Positions 45,989-56,819 of a stretch of 64,000 nucleotides of DNA are shown here, one piece after another. Under the pieces are notes generated by a model. The model ran no database searches. It had not been told where the DNA came from and was given only the letters and a program-made list of their open reading frames with translations. The stretch is from positions 43,444-107,443 of the forward strand of contig CAWDKY010000032.1 of the NCBI GenBank assembly GCA_963802945.1. The letters are read 5' to 3'. Each line of letters opens with the position of its first letter. Position 1 is the first letter of the stretch. The position numbers and the translations under genes are program-made. This DNA comes from an uncultured delta proteobacterium (GTDB lineage Bacteria > Desulfobacterota > RBG-13-43-22).

Positions 45989-47947
45989 TTACTCTTCTAT
46001 AGTTTCCATTTTCAATATCGAATCTTCCCAATAAGCCGTCAGCTGATTCACTTCTTTTTCAATCCGGGTATAGTCCTGCATCAAATCCTCGAATTGAGAA
46101 CGATCCTTATAAGTCTCGGGATCGGCCAAAAGCGTTTCCATCCTTTTCTTTTCCTCAAAGGCATTCGAAAGCTGTTCCTCCAATTCTTTGATTTGTTTTA
46201 TTAAGGGCGCCTGGCGTCGAAAAAGGGCATTTCTCTGTTCCGCCTCTTGACGTTTTTCTTCCTGGGATTTTCGAACAACGGATTTATTGGCCGGGGTTCC
46301 TTCTTTCTCCCTACGGGTTCTCGGCAAGGGATAGATATCGGAGAGGCGGGCTTTCCAAATTTCTTCAAAGTCCTGGTAATTGCCTGGAAAAAGTTCCGCC
46401 TTTCCATCACGGATATAGAGGACCTTGTTGGACAGGGCATTGATCAGATGACGGTCGTGGGTTATAATACATAAGGGCCCGGAAAAGGATTTCAGGGCTT
46501 CCTCCAATACTTCCCTGGAGGGGATATCCAGGTGATTGGTCGGCTCATCGAAGAGCAAAAAATTGGCCCCGGATAAAAGCATCTTGAGGATGATTAGACG
46601 GCTCTTTTCCCCACCGGAGAGGACGGACACTTTTTTTTCAATATCTCCTTCTCGAAAAAGAAAGGCCGCCAGTAAGTTTCGCAAGGTCCCGTAGGTTCGA
46701 TCACCGGCCACCTGAGCTGCCTCCTGCCAAACGGTGTGGGTCTCCTCCAACTGTTCCAATTGATGTTGGGCGAAATAGCTGACCGTAATGTTATGACCCA
46801 GAATGCGCTGCCCGGAATCGGGTTGAATGACCCCGGCCATGATTCTTAAAAGGGTGCTTTTTCCTGCTCCGTTCGGCCCCAAGATGGCTATTCGATTTTC
46901 CCGGGTAATCATCAAATCCAATTTTTGATAGAGATGGTTTTGGCCGTAGGATTTTGAAATACCCTTCAGCTCCAACACAGCCTTTCCGGTCCTTGCCATT
47001 TTTGGAAAATGGAAGGAAATACTTTGTTCGGCCGAGGGGGGTTGGATTCGTTCCAGATGTTCAAGGGTCTTGATCCGGGATTGGACCTGTTTGGCTCGAT
47101 CTTTCCGGGAACGGTTGCGGGCAATAAAGTCTTCAAGCTGGCGTATTTTTTCCTGCTGGTTGGCAAAGGCGGCTTTTTGGAGTTGAAGCCGCTTTTGTTT
47201 TTCAATAAGATAGCGGCTGTAGTTCCCGGGAAAGGAAGTAAGGGCTCCTTTTTCCAATTCAAAAGTCTTTTGAACAACCCGATCCAAAAAGGCCCGGTCA
47301 TGGGAGATTAGGAGCAGGGCCGAGGAAGTGTTTTGTAAGAAGGTCTCCAGCCAGATCAAAGAATCCAGATCCAGGTGGTTGGTTGGTTCATCCAGAAGCA
47401 AGAGATCCGGTTGGCTCAAAAGGAGCCGGGCCAGGGCCACCCGCATGATCCAGCCCCCACTTAAAGTTTCCACCGCTGTCTGGAAAGATTCCTCTTTAAA
47501 GCCCAAACCGGCCAGGACCTGTTTGGCTCGAAATTCCAGATCATAAGCCCCGAGGCGTTCCATCTCTGCCAGCAGATGGCTTTGCCTTTTGGCCAGAACC
47601 TCCAATTGGGCCTGATCGGTTGTCATATCCAGTCTCTGGGTGATTTGCTTAAACTCAGCCAAGATTTGTTGAACAGAGGAATCGACTTCCATCACTTGCT
47701 GAAGTACGGTTTTCCCGGTCAACTCTATGACATCTTGGGGGAGATACCCGAGACGAAGCCCTTTCTTTCTGTGGACCAGACCACTGTCCGGCTCCATAAC
47801 CCCTAGCAGGATCTTAAAGAGGGTAGTCTTGCCGGCACCATTGACCCCTACCAGGGCGATTCGTTCTCCGGCATGGATGGAGAGCGAGACATCTCTCAAG
47901 ACATCTTGCTTTCCGTAGAATTTATCGACGTGACTAAGAGCAATCAT
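45989..47947 (-). CDS. ABC-F family ATPase (two ABC domains, coiled-coil C-terminus; Uup/YheS-like)
   Basis: Two Walker A motifs (GVNGAGKTTL, GPNGAGKSTL), two LSGG signatures and no membrane domain. Size is 652 aa. Confidence 0.9.
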   Translation of the reverse strand: MIALSHVDKFYGKQDVLRDVSLSIHAGERIALVGVNGAGKTTLFKILLGVMEPDSGLVHRKKGLRLGYLPQDVIELTGKTVLQQVMEVDSSVQQILAEFKQITQRLDMTTDQAQLEVLAKRQSHLLAEMERLGAYDLEFRAKQVLAGLGFKEESFQTAVETLSGGWIMRVALARLLLSQPDLLLLDEPTNHLDLDSLIWLETFLQNTSSALLLISHDRAFLDRVVQKTFELEKGALTSFPGNYSRYLIEKQKRLQLQKAAFANQQEKIRQLEDFIARNRSRKDRAKQVQSRIKTLEHLERIQPPSAEQSISFHFPKMARTGKAVLELKGISKSYGQNHLYQKLDLMITRENRIAILGPNGAGKSTLLRIMAGVIQPDSGQRILGHNITVSYFAQHQLEQLEETHTVWQEAAQVAGDRTYGTLRNLLAAFLFREGDIEKKVSVLSGGEKSRLIILKMLLSGANFLLFDEPTNHLDIPSREVLEEALKSFSGPLCIITHDRHLINALSNKVLYIRDGKAELFPGNYQDFEEIWKARLSDIYPLPRTRREKEGTPANKSVVRKSQEEKRQEAEQRNALFRRQAPLIKQIKELEEQLSNAFEEKKRMETLLADPETYKDRSQFEDLMQDYTRIEKEVNQLTAYWEDSILKMETIEE

Positions 47948-47960
47948 TTAAAGAGAGAGA

Positions 47961-48044
47961 CTGGATGCTGGATAAAAGTAAAAAGACTGATACTGGATTT
48001 CGGAAAAATCCAGCATCTAGTATCCAGTATCAGGCATCTGGCAA
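47961..48044. repeat. heptamer-periodic repeat with inverted halves (CTGGATG CTGGATA ... CCAGCAT CTAGTAT CCAGTAT)
   Basis: Read directly from the sequence. It lies between the yajD stop and the ABC-F start and can fold into hairpins (CTGGATTT-TCGGAAAA-ATCCAG). Confidence 0.7.
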
Positions 48045-48050
48045 TGTGCA

Positions 48051-48404
48051 TCAAAATGATTTCTTTTCTTTCTGCAGGTATTCCCCCAAAAGGCCCCGGG
48101 AATGGATATCCTCGTGGCAATAGGCACAAAGATTTTCCCAGTTACTTCCGTCCGGCGGGTTGTTCAGATGGTTTCCATCCTTATGGTGGACGGTCAGGAG
48201 TTGCCTCTGGGCAGGGGTAAATTCCCGGCCGCAACGGGCACAGATCAAACCGTGTAGGGTCAGCGATCGTTCCCGGTAATTCTCCTTAACGGGGATGTTG
48301 GTCCGGATTTCCTGTACAATCTCCTTGATGGTTTTATTGCCGGGTTGCCCGGGTTTTTTCCCCCGCTGGGATTGCCGGCCTGGTCCGAAAGTCATACGGC
48401 CCAT
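48051..48404 (-). CDS. yajD: HNH endonuclease family protein YajD
   Basis: LTVHHKDGNHLNNPPDGSNWENLCAYCHEDIH closely matches the YajD-type HNH core. Confidence 0.8.
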   Translation of the reverse strand: MGRMTFGPGRQSQRGKKPGQPGNKTIKEIVQEIRTNIPVKENYRERSLTLHGLICARCGREFTPAQRQLLTVHHKDGNHLNNPPDGSNWENLCAYCHEDIHSRGLLGEYLQKEKKSF

Positions 48405-48469
48405 GGCGAGTATTTTCCTCTTTGAACATTTTTAAAGGGAAGGTTAATGCAGTATCCATTCCGTCAAGC

Positions 48470-49723
48470 CTAGTCCTTCTCGGAGGTGGCTTTTTCATCA
48501 CCGCTTTTTATTTCCACGGTATCCTTTCCCTTGATCACTCTTTTAAAACAATTGGAACAAAAATTATAAGTTTGGCGTACTGCCGGTACCTGACCAAGAC
48601 CAACGCGCATTTTTAAGGGAACATAGCCGGCCAGGGTGGACCAAGGTTTATCAGGGAACAGGTACAAATTATAATAAGATCTTCTCTTCGCTTGCCAATT
48701 CTGGTTCCAGGCATAATCAGTCAGGAGATTGATTTCATCCACCTCGCCGGAATGAAAGGCCCTTTCAAACATCTTTTCCAACAGCACGGCGCCTGGAGAG
48801 TAAGAGGAATAGGCTTCATCATAGCAAATCTTTAAAATGATCAAAGACCGATTTATTTGAAAGGCCAGGTGAGCAGCAATCGTTTTCCCTTCAGCTTCCA
48901 GGAAGTGCCACTCCAACCAGCCCAGGTCCGTCAGCCGACCGGTCAAGGCTTTATAAAAAGACACCAAGGAATCGCCTTGACATAAAGCGCTGCCTTCGGT
49001 GTACTTCCAGCTGCAGGCCTCCACCGCCATGAAACGGGAAAGTTCTTGTTCGGTAAGGGAATCCCCTGTCAAAAAGGAAATTTTTGCCCCTGGAAGGGTA
49101 AACAATTTGCGTTCCAGGCGGCGTAAGTTTCGGACATATTTGGTTCCCAGGAGGGCCTTATATTCATCAAAAGATCGATCAACTTTAACAAAAGAGCCGT
49201 AACCGTCAAAAACAGACACCGCCTTAATTTTTCTTACTCCGTTATTCATGAGCTTTATGGTGGGAGAACTTTCAGGGAGGCGTCTCATCTCAAAACTAAA
49301 ACAGGTCGGTTGCATACGGGTCAGTTGAGACAGAAGTAAGGGGATGATCTCTTGTTCGCCGCCCGATTTAACCAAGAAATCAACCGAAGCAGTCTGGTCG
49401 TTATAGGGGGTCCGGAATTTATGGCAAGGCATTCCTATTCGTTTAATAGGAGTGATTACTACCGGAAGCACACCCACCAGAGTTGAATGGTCATAAGCAA
49501 AAAGACAAAACCAACCCTCTCCGGGACTCAATTGATACTCCAGGTAAGAAGCGATCCAGGCGTGGGATGGATCCGGCAATCGATGCGGGGCCTGGAAGGC
49601 CAGGTCATTCCAGGCAGTTGCATGGGGTTTAAGCCCTTCAAGGGTTCTCACCGTTTGAATTTGAAAACCATTGTGATTCTTAAAAATAGGTTCTCCTGAG
49701 GAATCTCTTTTTGGGGTGATCAT
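48470..49723 (-). CDS. GNAT-fold acyltransferase, CelD/BioF2/FemAB-like
   Basis: 417 aa. N-terminal W..L......P..S..W and C-terminal GNAT-like region (family assignment from overall resemblance, moderate certainty). Confidence 0.65.
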   Translation of the reverse strand: MITPKRDSSGEPIFKNHNGFQIQTVRTLEGLKPHATAWNDLAFQAPHRLPDPSHAWIASYLEYQLSPGEGWFCLFAYDHSTLVGVLPVVITPIKRIGMPCHKFRTPYNDQTASVDFLVKSGGEQEIIPLLLSQLTRMQPTCFSFEMRRLPESSPTIKLMNNGVRKIKAVSVFDGYGSFVKVDRSFDEYKALLGTKYVRNLRRLERKLFTLPGAKISFLTGDSLTEQELSRFMAVEACSWKYTEGSALCQGDSLVSFYKALTGRLTDLGWLEWHFLEAEGKTIAAHLAFQINRSLIILKICYDEAYSSYSPGAVLLEKMFERAFHSGEVDEINLLTDYAWNQNWQAKRRSYYNLYLFPDKPWSTLAGYVPLKMRVGLGQVPAVRQTYNFCSNCFKRVIKGKDTVEIKSGDEKATSEKD

Positions 49724-49819
49724 TCTTAAATTATCCTGTCTTCATCTACTTAAACAGTGTATTACTTCCAAGGATTCCCTCTCGCCCTTTCCGGAAAGAG
49801 GGTAAAGGACAATTACCGC

Positions 49820-50992
49820 CTACTTACTGAGGAGGCTTCGATATACTTCTACATTTTGTTTTGCAATCACATCCCAGCTAAATAATCTTGATGCCCTTTC
49901 ATACAAGCGCCGGCCTATTTCTTCTCTCTGTTGTGAGTCACGGATAAGCCTAAGCATTTTTTCTGCCAAGTCGGCCGGGTCATTCTCTTTTACAAATATC
50001 CCATCTCCACCGATATACTCCGGCAGGCCAACCGATCGAGAGGCAATAACCGGCACAGCGTTAGCCATGGCCGTAGTTACTGTCGATCCGGCTTCACTGG
50101 TTGTATAGGGGATGACCAAGAATAAACTCTTTTGGTATTCCACCCACAATTCTTGCTCATTCGTAAAGACATAGTCAAACCATTTAACCTGATCAGTCAA
50201 ACCCGATTGGGCAATGGGCTCAATTCCCTCTTCCTGACCGTATTCACGATTCAACCCGTGGATAAGGACTTTTGGGCTAATCCCCTTTTCTTTTAAGATG
50301 ACCAGGGCCTTTAAAAATAGATCGAAGCCCTTACCATGGGCCAAATGATGCCCGCCGCAAAAAATGATCTGATCTCGTGAATATGAAGTCAAATTCGGTA
50401 GGTGGGTCCCATGGGGGATGACATGAATCTTTTCAGCTTGAATACCCCAGGATTCCAATTGTTTTTTCATGGGAAGCGTTTGAACAATAAGGGCATCAGC
50501 TTTATTATAGACCCGGTTTAATCGGACTGTAGTCAGCTTGAAATTCTTTAATTTAAATTGCTTCTGGATGGAATCGATTTCATGAATGGTGACCACCCGC
50601 TTAGACTCGGTCGGGAAAGTCAAAAAAGAAAGCAAGGGTAGAAAGCCGAAAGAGCCCTGGGTCTGCTGATAATTTAATATAGGCAGCTTCAGGTGTTTCA
50701 GGTACCGAGCCCCCTTGAAGACATCCCCCCCATATTCAGGCAGGAGTCGGGCCAGCCGTTTAATCCTGGACCCCGGTTTGGGGTAAAAATCGGCAAAATG
50801 CATTTGGGGAACAAGGGAGAAGGACAAATCGGGGTTAAACGGATCGTGACCATAACACCGGCAGTTGGCCGACAGGATATGGACTTTCAGACCTGTTCGT
50901 TCAAGGGCCGAAGACAGCCTGTTGGCAAAGTTGCCGCAACTTTTCTCCTTATACCAGCAAGCAATTATCCCAATTTCCTCCAAGTGATCCAT
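49820..50992 (-). CDS. glycosyltransferase family 4 (GT-B, RfaB-like)
   Basis: C-terminal E-x7-E-type region SEAGSTVTTAMANAVPVIASRSVGLPEYI. Size is 390 aa. Confidence 0.85.
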   Translation of the reverse strand: MDHLEEIGIIACWYKEKSCGNFANRLSSALERTGLKVHILSANCRCYGHDPFNPDLSFSLVPQMHFADFYPKPGSRIKRLARLLPEYGGDVFKGARYLKHLKLPILNYQQTQGSFGFLPLLSFLTFPTESKRVVTIHEIDSIQKQFKLKNFKLTTVRLNRVYNKADALIVQTLPMKKQLESWGIQAEKIHVIPHGTHLPNLTSYSRDQIIFCGGHHLAHGKGFDLFLKALVILKEKGISPKVLIHGLNREYGQEEGIEPIAQSGLTDQVKWFDYVFTNEQELWVEYQKSLFLVIPYTTSEAGSTVTTAMANAVPVIASRSVGLPEYIGGDGIFVKENDPADLAEKMLRLIRDSQQREEIGRRLYERASRLFSWDVIAKQNVEVYRSLLSK

Positions 50993-51723
50993 TGAACCCC
51001 CTTCCTGATTAATGATTTAAGAAACCGCTTTCTTCCTTCGGTTAATTCCGGATTTAGGATGAGTTGAAGTATTTGATCAGCGACCTCCTCGGGTCTTGCC
51101 GGAGAAATATTTTTTAAAAAATCTCTTGGAAAAAGGCTTAACATCTCCGTATCGACATATCCCGGGCAGAGGTAAGCAATTTTGATATTCGTAGCGGCCA
51201 CCTCCTGTGACAAGGCTTCAGTCAAGCCAACCAGCCCGAATTTTGAGGCACAATAAACGGCTAGATTAGGGAACCCTCCTTTCCCGGCCCCAGAGACCAA
51301 ATTAATAATTTGCCCATAACCTTGCCTCAGCATGATCAACAATACTTCGCGCGAGCAAAGAAAAGCCCCTTTTAAATTGGTATCAATCATTTTATCCCAA
51401 TCCGCGCTCGTTGTCGAGACCATTGGACCATAAACCAATACTCCTGCATTATTAATCAGAACATCTATCCGCCCATAGCGATCCACGACCTGAGCGATGA
51501 GGCTCTTCACTTCCTTCTCTTGTCGGACATCGGTAGGAATTGGAATACAAGAACCACCCTTAGCCTTAATGAGGCCGCAAGCCTTTTCCAAGGCTTCCTT
51601 ATTCCGTGCCGCCAGAATCACCTGTGCGCCTTTTTCAACCAAAATCAGAGAAGTTGCCAACCCGATTCCCTTGCTGGCGCCAGTCACAATAATCACTTTG
51701 TCTTGGACTAAACTTTTATTCAT
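50965..51723 (-). CDS. SDR family oxidoreductase
   Basis: TGASKGIG cofactor motif, NNAG, and YCASK active site. Confidence 0.9.
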   Translation of the reverse strand: MNKSLVQDKVIIVTGASKGIGLATSLILVEKGAQVILAARNKEALEKACGLIKAKGGSCIPIPTDVRQEKEVKSLIAQVVDRYGRIDVLINNAGVLVYGPMVSTTSADWDKMIDTNLKGAFLCSREVLLIMLRQGYGQIINLVSGAGKGGFPNLAVYCASKFGLVGLTEALSQEVAATNIKIAYLCPGYVDTEMLSLFPRDFLKNISPARPEEVADQILQLILNPELTEGRKRFLKSLIRKGVQWITWRKLG

Positions 51724-52726
51724 TGGCTAAGATGCTCATCATCCCAACAACTGCTCGAGCGGCCTTAACTAAAAACTTGGGGTTCAGCTTATCCAAGGTA
51801 TCGTCCGCACTATGCATGTAGGGATTTCTGTAAAAGGAGGTAATGAACACCGCATTATAGCCCTTCTCCCAGAAGGATAGTTCATCCCCTCAACCACACT
51901 GAGGGCCGATATTTTTTTTGATCCCAATGTCCCCCCCCTTCAAACGGGAATAAATGTTCTCAACAAACGAGGTATTGGCCGGACGCCCGCCGACCAGTAA
52001 AATTTCATTAGGATTTTTAAATCCTGTTTGGACAAAATAAATCGGCTTTTTAATCATCTGTTTGGCCAAGTAAAGCCCTTCTCTCAAAAAGCCTGTGCCT
52101 TGAGTTTCCCGCCACAAGGCCTTCAAAGAAGGTTGCGTGTATCCGATCGTATCGATGTTGATGACTCCTTTAATGGAACGACCCTTGGCCGCCAGTTCTT
52201 GGGCATAGGCTTGGCTGCCTTTGTGGCCCTGTTCTTCATTGGAAAAAAAGACCCACTCCACCGTGTTATTACCGGGATTCCCGGCTAAGAATCGAGCCCC
52301 TTCCAATAAAACCGCCACCCCTGTGCCGTTGTCGTCGGCCCCGGGGGCCGACCTGTGGGATTCCCAGCCGGCCGGGTGCGAATCGTAATGGGCGCAGACC
52401 ACATAAACCGTTTCAGGATCTTTTTTCCCTGAAATGCGGGCCACAACATTTTTCCATATTTTGCCTTCTGCGGTATAAAAGGGGTAGTTTACATCCAAGG
52501 TTTTGTACGGTTTGAGTTTATGGTAAAGATAGTCGGCCACTTGATTCTGTTTTTCCCAGGTCGTTCGATTTCTAAAGGATTGCAGTTCCTCTAAAGTCTT
52601 GAAGATCGATCGTTCCGAGATCTCCATGGGTTCTCTTCCCGGCTGGCGGAAAAGGCTGGAAGCAACAGCTGGGCTTTGTTGAAAAAATACCCAGAGAAAA
52701 ACAAGAAGCCATAATTTAATTTTCAT
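51716..52726 (-). CDS. M28 family metallopeptidase with signal peptide, interrupted by one in-frame TGA (51890-51892)
   Basis: ORF 51890-52726 (CAHYDSH, DDNGTGVAVLLE, FSNEEQG) continues in the same frame after the TGA as GDELSFWEKGYNAVF...NPYMHSADDT..., ending at the TAA at 51716. The downstream part holds the last metal-binding His. Confidence 0.8.
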
Positions 52727-52741
52727 TAAACCCGTCCTTTT

Positions 52742-54182
52742 TTAAAACCGATGGTCTTTCTTATCCTCTTTTTTATCCGGGTTAAGGCTCTTGACTTCTT
52801 TTTCAATTCGTTCTTTCTGCTGGGGATCTTTTTCAACATATTTCAAGGCGGTTTGGAAATGAAACAAGGCCTTCTTTCTATCTCCCTTCAAACCGAACGA
52901 CTTTCCAAAATAATAATGGGCCTGTCCCAGATTGTTCAAATTTCCATAGACCATACCCAGATAATAATAAAGATCCTCTCCCTCCGAACCGAGCTTCAAG
53001 GCCCTTTGAAAATTTTCCAGGGCCAATAGATTTTCCCCTTTTTCCTGGTAGGCTCGGCCTAGAAAAAAAGCGGTGCTGGCATCTCTTGGATCAAGAATGG
53101 AGGCCTGACCCAATTTTTGAATGGCCTTTTCCAGGTCTCCCTTCATAAAAAAGGCTTGACCTAAATCTCTCACCAGGTAGATCTCTTGCGGTCTTAGCAA
53201 TAATGCCTTCTCAAATTGATCGACGGCATCGTCAAATTTCCCTTCACGGATATCAATCCAGCCTTGGCCGTAATGGACCCAAAATAAAGTTTGGGTGTCC
53301 TTGGCCCAGGACTGAAAAAGATTTCTGGCCCTTTGTAAGTCACCATAGTTGGTCAGGATAATGGTTTGGACGCGTCGGAATTCATCGGAAGTCCCCCGCC
53401 AGGGACCCTGATTGGCATATTGTTGTATCAGGCTTTCAATATGGGACATGCGGTCCACGGTCAGGGGATGGGTCATCATATAGGCCGGGATCCCTTCTGA
53501 ACCAAATGACCCCCAGCGGCGAAGGTTGTCGAACAGATCGATCATGCCCTTGGGATTGAATCCCGTCTTGGACATATATTTGAATCCAAAATTGTCTGCC
53601 TCGCTTTCGTCCTCTCGACTGTATTGCAGGAACAAGGTCTGGGCCGTGGCCATAGAACCGGCCATGGTGGCCATCAGCTATGTTGGGATCTCCGGCCAAA
53701 ATGCCGAGCAAAACCGCAGCCATGGTGGCCAGGCCGATCTTTTTTTGTTTTTCCATCTGTCTGGAAATGTGGTGGTGGGTGACATGGGTGATCTCGTGGC
53801 CGAGTAAACCGGCCAGTTCAGCTTCCGAGTTCATGATTTGAATAATGCCGGTGGTAACAAAGACATGTCCGCCCGGAACGGAAAAGGCATTCAATTGGGG
53901 ATCCTTTAAGAGGTAAAAACGAAAAGGGTAGGGTTGTGGCCCGGCTTGTTTGAGAATCTCTTGGCCCAGTCTATTGAGATATTCCAGGAGCAAAGGATCA
54001 TGGATCACGGAGAATTCCTTCTCCACTTCTCGGACTGCATCTTCTCCTAACTTTTGTTCCTCTGCGGTGGTCAGGGCGCAAATATTTCCTCCAGTTCCTG
54101 GCAACCAGAAATTGATTTGAAAAAATAGGAAAAATCCTATTAGCCCACTGATGATCTTAATCAATTTGTTGCGCATGCTCAT
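52742..54182 (-). pseudogene. M48 peptidase with C-terminal TPR domain (BepA-like), one frameshift as sequenced
   Basis: HEITHVTHHH is in the ORF 53436-54182. EDESEADNFG and the TPR repeats are in 52742-53674. The frame changes near 53675-53690. Confidence 0.8.
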
Positions 54183-55729
54183 CCAATCAAACAGCTTCCC
54201 GTCATCTCCTCGGGGATCGGAATATTTAAAATGGTCAGGATCGTCGGGGCAACATCAGCCAGTATCCCGTCTTTTAGCCGAACCTGGGGTCTTTCCGGAT
54301 CTATCAATAAAACAGGGACCGGATTGGCTGAAGTATGGGCCGTATGAGGCCCCCCATTTTTTAGGTCGATCATTTCTTCGGCGTTGCCGTGATCCCCGGT
54401 TAACAATACCATCCCTCCTTGATCGGCTACCGCTGAGATCACCTGACCCAAACAGGTGTCAACCACCTCACAGGCTTGAACAGCCGCTTCCAATTTACCG
54501 GTGTGCCCGACCATATCCAGATTAGCATAATTCAAGACCATAAATCCATAGCGCTTGAATCTTATCCGCTTGATGATCTCCACGGTCACTTCCGGGGCGC
54601 TCATAGCCGGTTTTAGATCGTAAGTAGGGACATCCCTGGTCGAGGGAATTAGACAGCGATCCTCCAAGGGGAAAGGGGTTTCTACGCCTCCATTGAAAAA
54701 ATAGGTCACATGGGCATACTTTTCGGTTTCGGCGATCCGGAGCTGAGGGATCCCTTGTTGACTGATGGTTTCTCCCAGGGTATGGGTTAGGTTTTGCGGA
54801 GGAAAGGCCACCTCTACCGCTGGAGAAAAATGGGAGTCATATTCAGTCATGGTCATAAATTTTGAAAGTTTAGGACGTCCGACCACCGAAAAGGGAGAGA
54901 AATCCTGCTCAATAAAGGCCCGGGTAATCTCTCTGGCCCGGTCGGCCCGGAAGTTAAAGAAAAAAACCGTATCCCCATTCTGAAGGGTTCCTATCGGACG
55001 GGCATCTTCTCCCATCAGAATTCGTGGAGCGATAAATTCATCCGTTTCTCCCTTTTGGTAGGCCTCCTTCATGGCCTGAACAGGATCCCGGCAAGGAATC
55101 CCCTGCCCTTCGGTCAAGGCTTGAAAGGCCTTTTCCACACGTTCCCAGCGATTGTCCCGATCCATGGCATAGAATCGTCCACAGATGGAGGCTATCCGAC
55201 CCACCCCGATCTCCCGCATCTGTTCCTGTAATTGACGTATGAACTCCACACCCTTTTGAGGAGGGGTGTCGCGTCCATCGGTGATGACCTGGATCATCAC
55301 CCGTTCCAAATTTTCTTTTTTGGCCAACTGGAGGAGAGCCAAAAGATGATTAATGTGGCTGTGAACTCCGCCATCCGAAACCAGGCCCAGAAGGTGGAGA
55401 GTTTTTCCTCCATCACGGCATTGCCGGATCATGTTAAGTAATCCGGGATGAATAAAAAATTCGCCTTTCCGGATGGACAGGTCAATCCGGGTTATATCTT
55501 GATAGACGATGCGACCGGCCCCAAGGTTAAGATGCCCCACCTCGGAATTGCCCATCTGGCCTTCCGGCAGGCCGACCGATTCACCCCAGCACTTCAGTTT
55601 TGCATGAGGCCGGGTATTAAATAATTGATTCATAATCGGGGTGTTGGCCCGGGTTATGGCATTCCCCGGATAATCAGGACCTATTCCCCAGCCGTCCAGG
55701 ATCATGAGGAGGAAAAGAGGAGAAGACAT
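54179..55729 (-). CDS. gpmI: 2,3-bisphosphoglycerate-independent phosphoglycerate mutase
   Basis: LMILDGWG, NSEVGHLNLGAGR and TGDHGNAE motifs. Size is 516 aa. Confidence 0.95.
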   Translation of the reverse strand: MSSPLFLLMILDGWGIGPDYPGNAITRANTPIMNQLFNTRPHAKLKCWGESVGLPEGQMGNSEVGHLNLGAGRIVYQDITRIDLSIRKGEFFIHPGLLNMIRQCRDGGKTLHLLGLVSDGGVHSHINHLLALLQLAKKENLERVMIQVITDGRDTPPQKGVEFIRQLQEQMREIGVGRIASICGRFYAMDRDNRWERVEKAFQALTEGQGIPCRDPVQAMKEAYQKGETDEFIAPRILMGEDARPIGTLQNGDTVFFFNFRADRAREITRAFIEQDFSPFSVVGRPKLSKFMTMTEYDSHFSPAVEVAFPPQNLTHTLGETISQQGIPQLRIAETEKYAHVTYFFNGGVETPFPLEDRCLIPSTRDVPTYDLKPAMSAPEVTVEIIKRIRFKRYGFMVLNYANLDMVGHTGKLEAAVQACEVVDTCLGQVISAVADQGGMVLLTGDHGNAEEMIDLKNGGPHTAHTSANPVPVLLIDPERPQVRLKDGILADVAPTILTILNIPIPEEMTGSCLIG

Positions 55730-56121
55730 CAGGACACCTCAGGAAGGGAATCATTCGAAGGGATAAGCAGGCGTGGGGCTTCCATCCAAAGCCCTTCCAA
55801 ATCATAGAATTCTCTAACCGACTCAAAAAAGATATGCACAATCACCTCATCATAATCCATCAAAATCCATTGCCCTGTTGCCATCCCTTCTTTTCCGCGA
55901 AGCCGGATTCCCTGCTTGCTGAGTGTCTCTTCCAAGTGACCGGCCAGGGCCTGGGTCTGACGGGTTGAACTCCCGCCCAGGATCAAAAAGAAATCGGCAA
56001 AGGAACAGCTTTTCCGCACATCAAGCAAAACAGGGTTTCGGGGCTTTCTTTGAAGGGCTGTCCGGGTCACCAACAGGGCCTTCCCCCGAGCGGATAACTT
56101 TTTATGATGTTTAGAGGGCAT
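55729..56121 (-). CDS. rsfS: ribosome silencing factor RsfS
   Basis: FADFFLILGGSSTRQ and WILMDYDEVIVHIF motifs. Size is 130 aa. Confidence 0.9.
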   Translation of the reverse strand: MPSKHHKKLSARGKALLVTRTALQRKPRNPVLLDVRKSCSFADFFLILGGSSTRQTQALAGHLEETLSKQGIRLRGKEGMATGQWILMDYDEVIVHIFFESVREFYDLEGLWMEAPRLLIPSNDSLPEVS

Positions 56122-56758
56122 AGAAATTTTTTGATAAAATATAGTCTTCCACCTTTTCAGGTAAGAGATACCGGATAGATTTTTTATGTTGTCTGAGCAA
56201 ACGAATCCGGGTTGAGGAAATGTCCATCAGGGTTATGGGAAACACATAGATCGAAAATCCCCCCGGGTGCAGGAAACGATTCTCCTTGGGAAAATAAATA
56301 ATATCAGGGGATATTTCCTGACGAATAAAATCTTTGATCCGGTTTCGATGATATCCCGGACGATCCATGACCACAAAGTGACACAAGCCAAAAAGATCCC
56401 GATACGATTTCCAGGTATTGATTTCCAAAAAGGCGTCTAACCCAACAATAAAAAAAATCCCCCATTCGGGACCGAAGGTTTTTTTAAAAAACCGCACCGT
56501 CTGGATGGTATAGGACTTTCCTTTCCTCTTTTTTTCAACATCCGAGGCCTTAAAAGAGGGATGTCCGGCGATGGCCAAACGGATCATCTTTAAACGATGG
56601 ACAAAAGGAATAAGATTCGTGGTTTCCTTGTGAGGCGGTAAGGCCGTTGGGATAAACAGGACCTGGCTTAAGGAAAAGGCCTCCTGGATTTCCAGGCCAG
56701 CCCTGAGGTGACCCAAATGGATAGGATTGAAGGCCCCGCCGAAAAGACCAAGGCGCAT
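56111..56758 (-). CDS. nadD: nicotinate-nucleotide adenylyltransferase
   Basis: The MRLGLFGGAFNPIHLGHL start is at ATG 56758. The longer track ORF (to 56941) runs through simple repeats. Confidence 0.9.
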   Translation of the reverse strand: MRLGLFGGAFNPIHLGHLRAGLEIQEAFSLSQVLFIPTALPPHKETTNLIPFVHRLKMIRLAIAGHPSFKASDVEKKRKGKSYTIQTVRFFKKTFGPEWGIFFIVGLDAFLEINTWKSYRDLFGLCHFVVMDRPGYHRNRIKDFIRQEISPDIIYFPKENRFLHPGGFSIYVFPITLMDISSTRIRLLRQHKKSIRYLLPEKVEDYILSKNFYAL

Positions 56759-56763
56759 AGATT

Positions 56764-56819
56764 GCGGATTTCGGATTACGGATTGTAGAGTTTGGAGTTC
56801 AGAGTTCGGAGTTCGGAGT
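56764..56819. repeat. eight tandem heptamers (GCGGATT TCGGATT ACGGATT GTAGAGT TTGGAGT TCAGAGT TCGGAGT TCGGAGT)
   Basis: Read directly. Further heptamer runs (CCTTGAA x2, CGTCCCT-type x3) and CCTGCAGG-type palindromes extend to about 56950, between proA and nadD. Confidence 0.85.

Noticed and set aside
51895-51930. Frameshift in the M28 peptidase at the T8/C8 runs
   Set aside because: This was my first reading. Checking codon phase showed the two parts are in the same frame, separated only by the TGA at 51890-51892, so no frameshift is needed.
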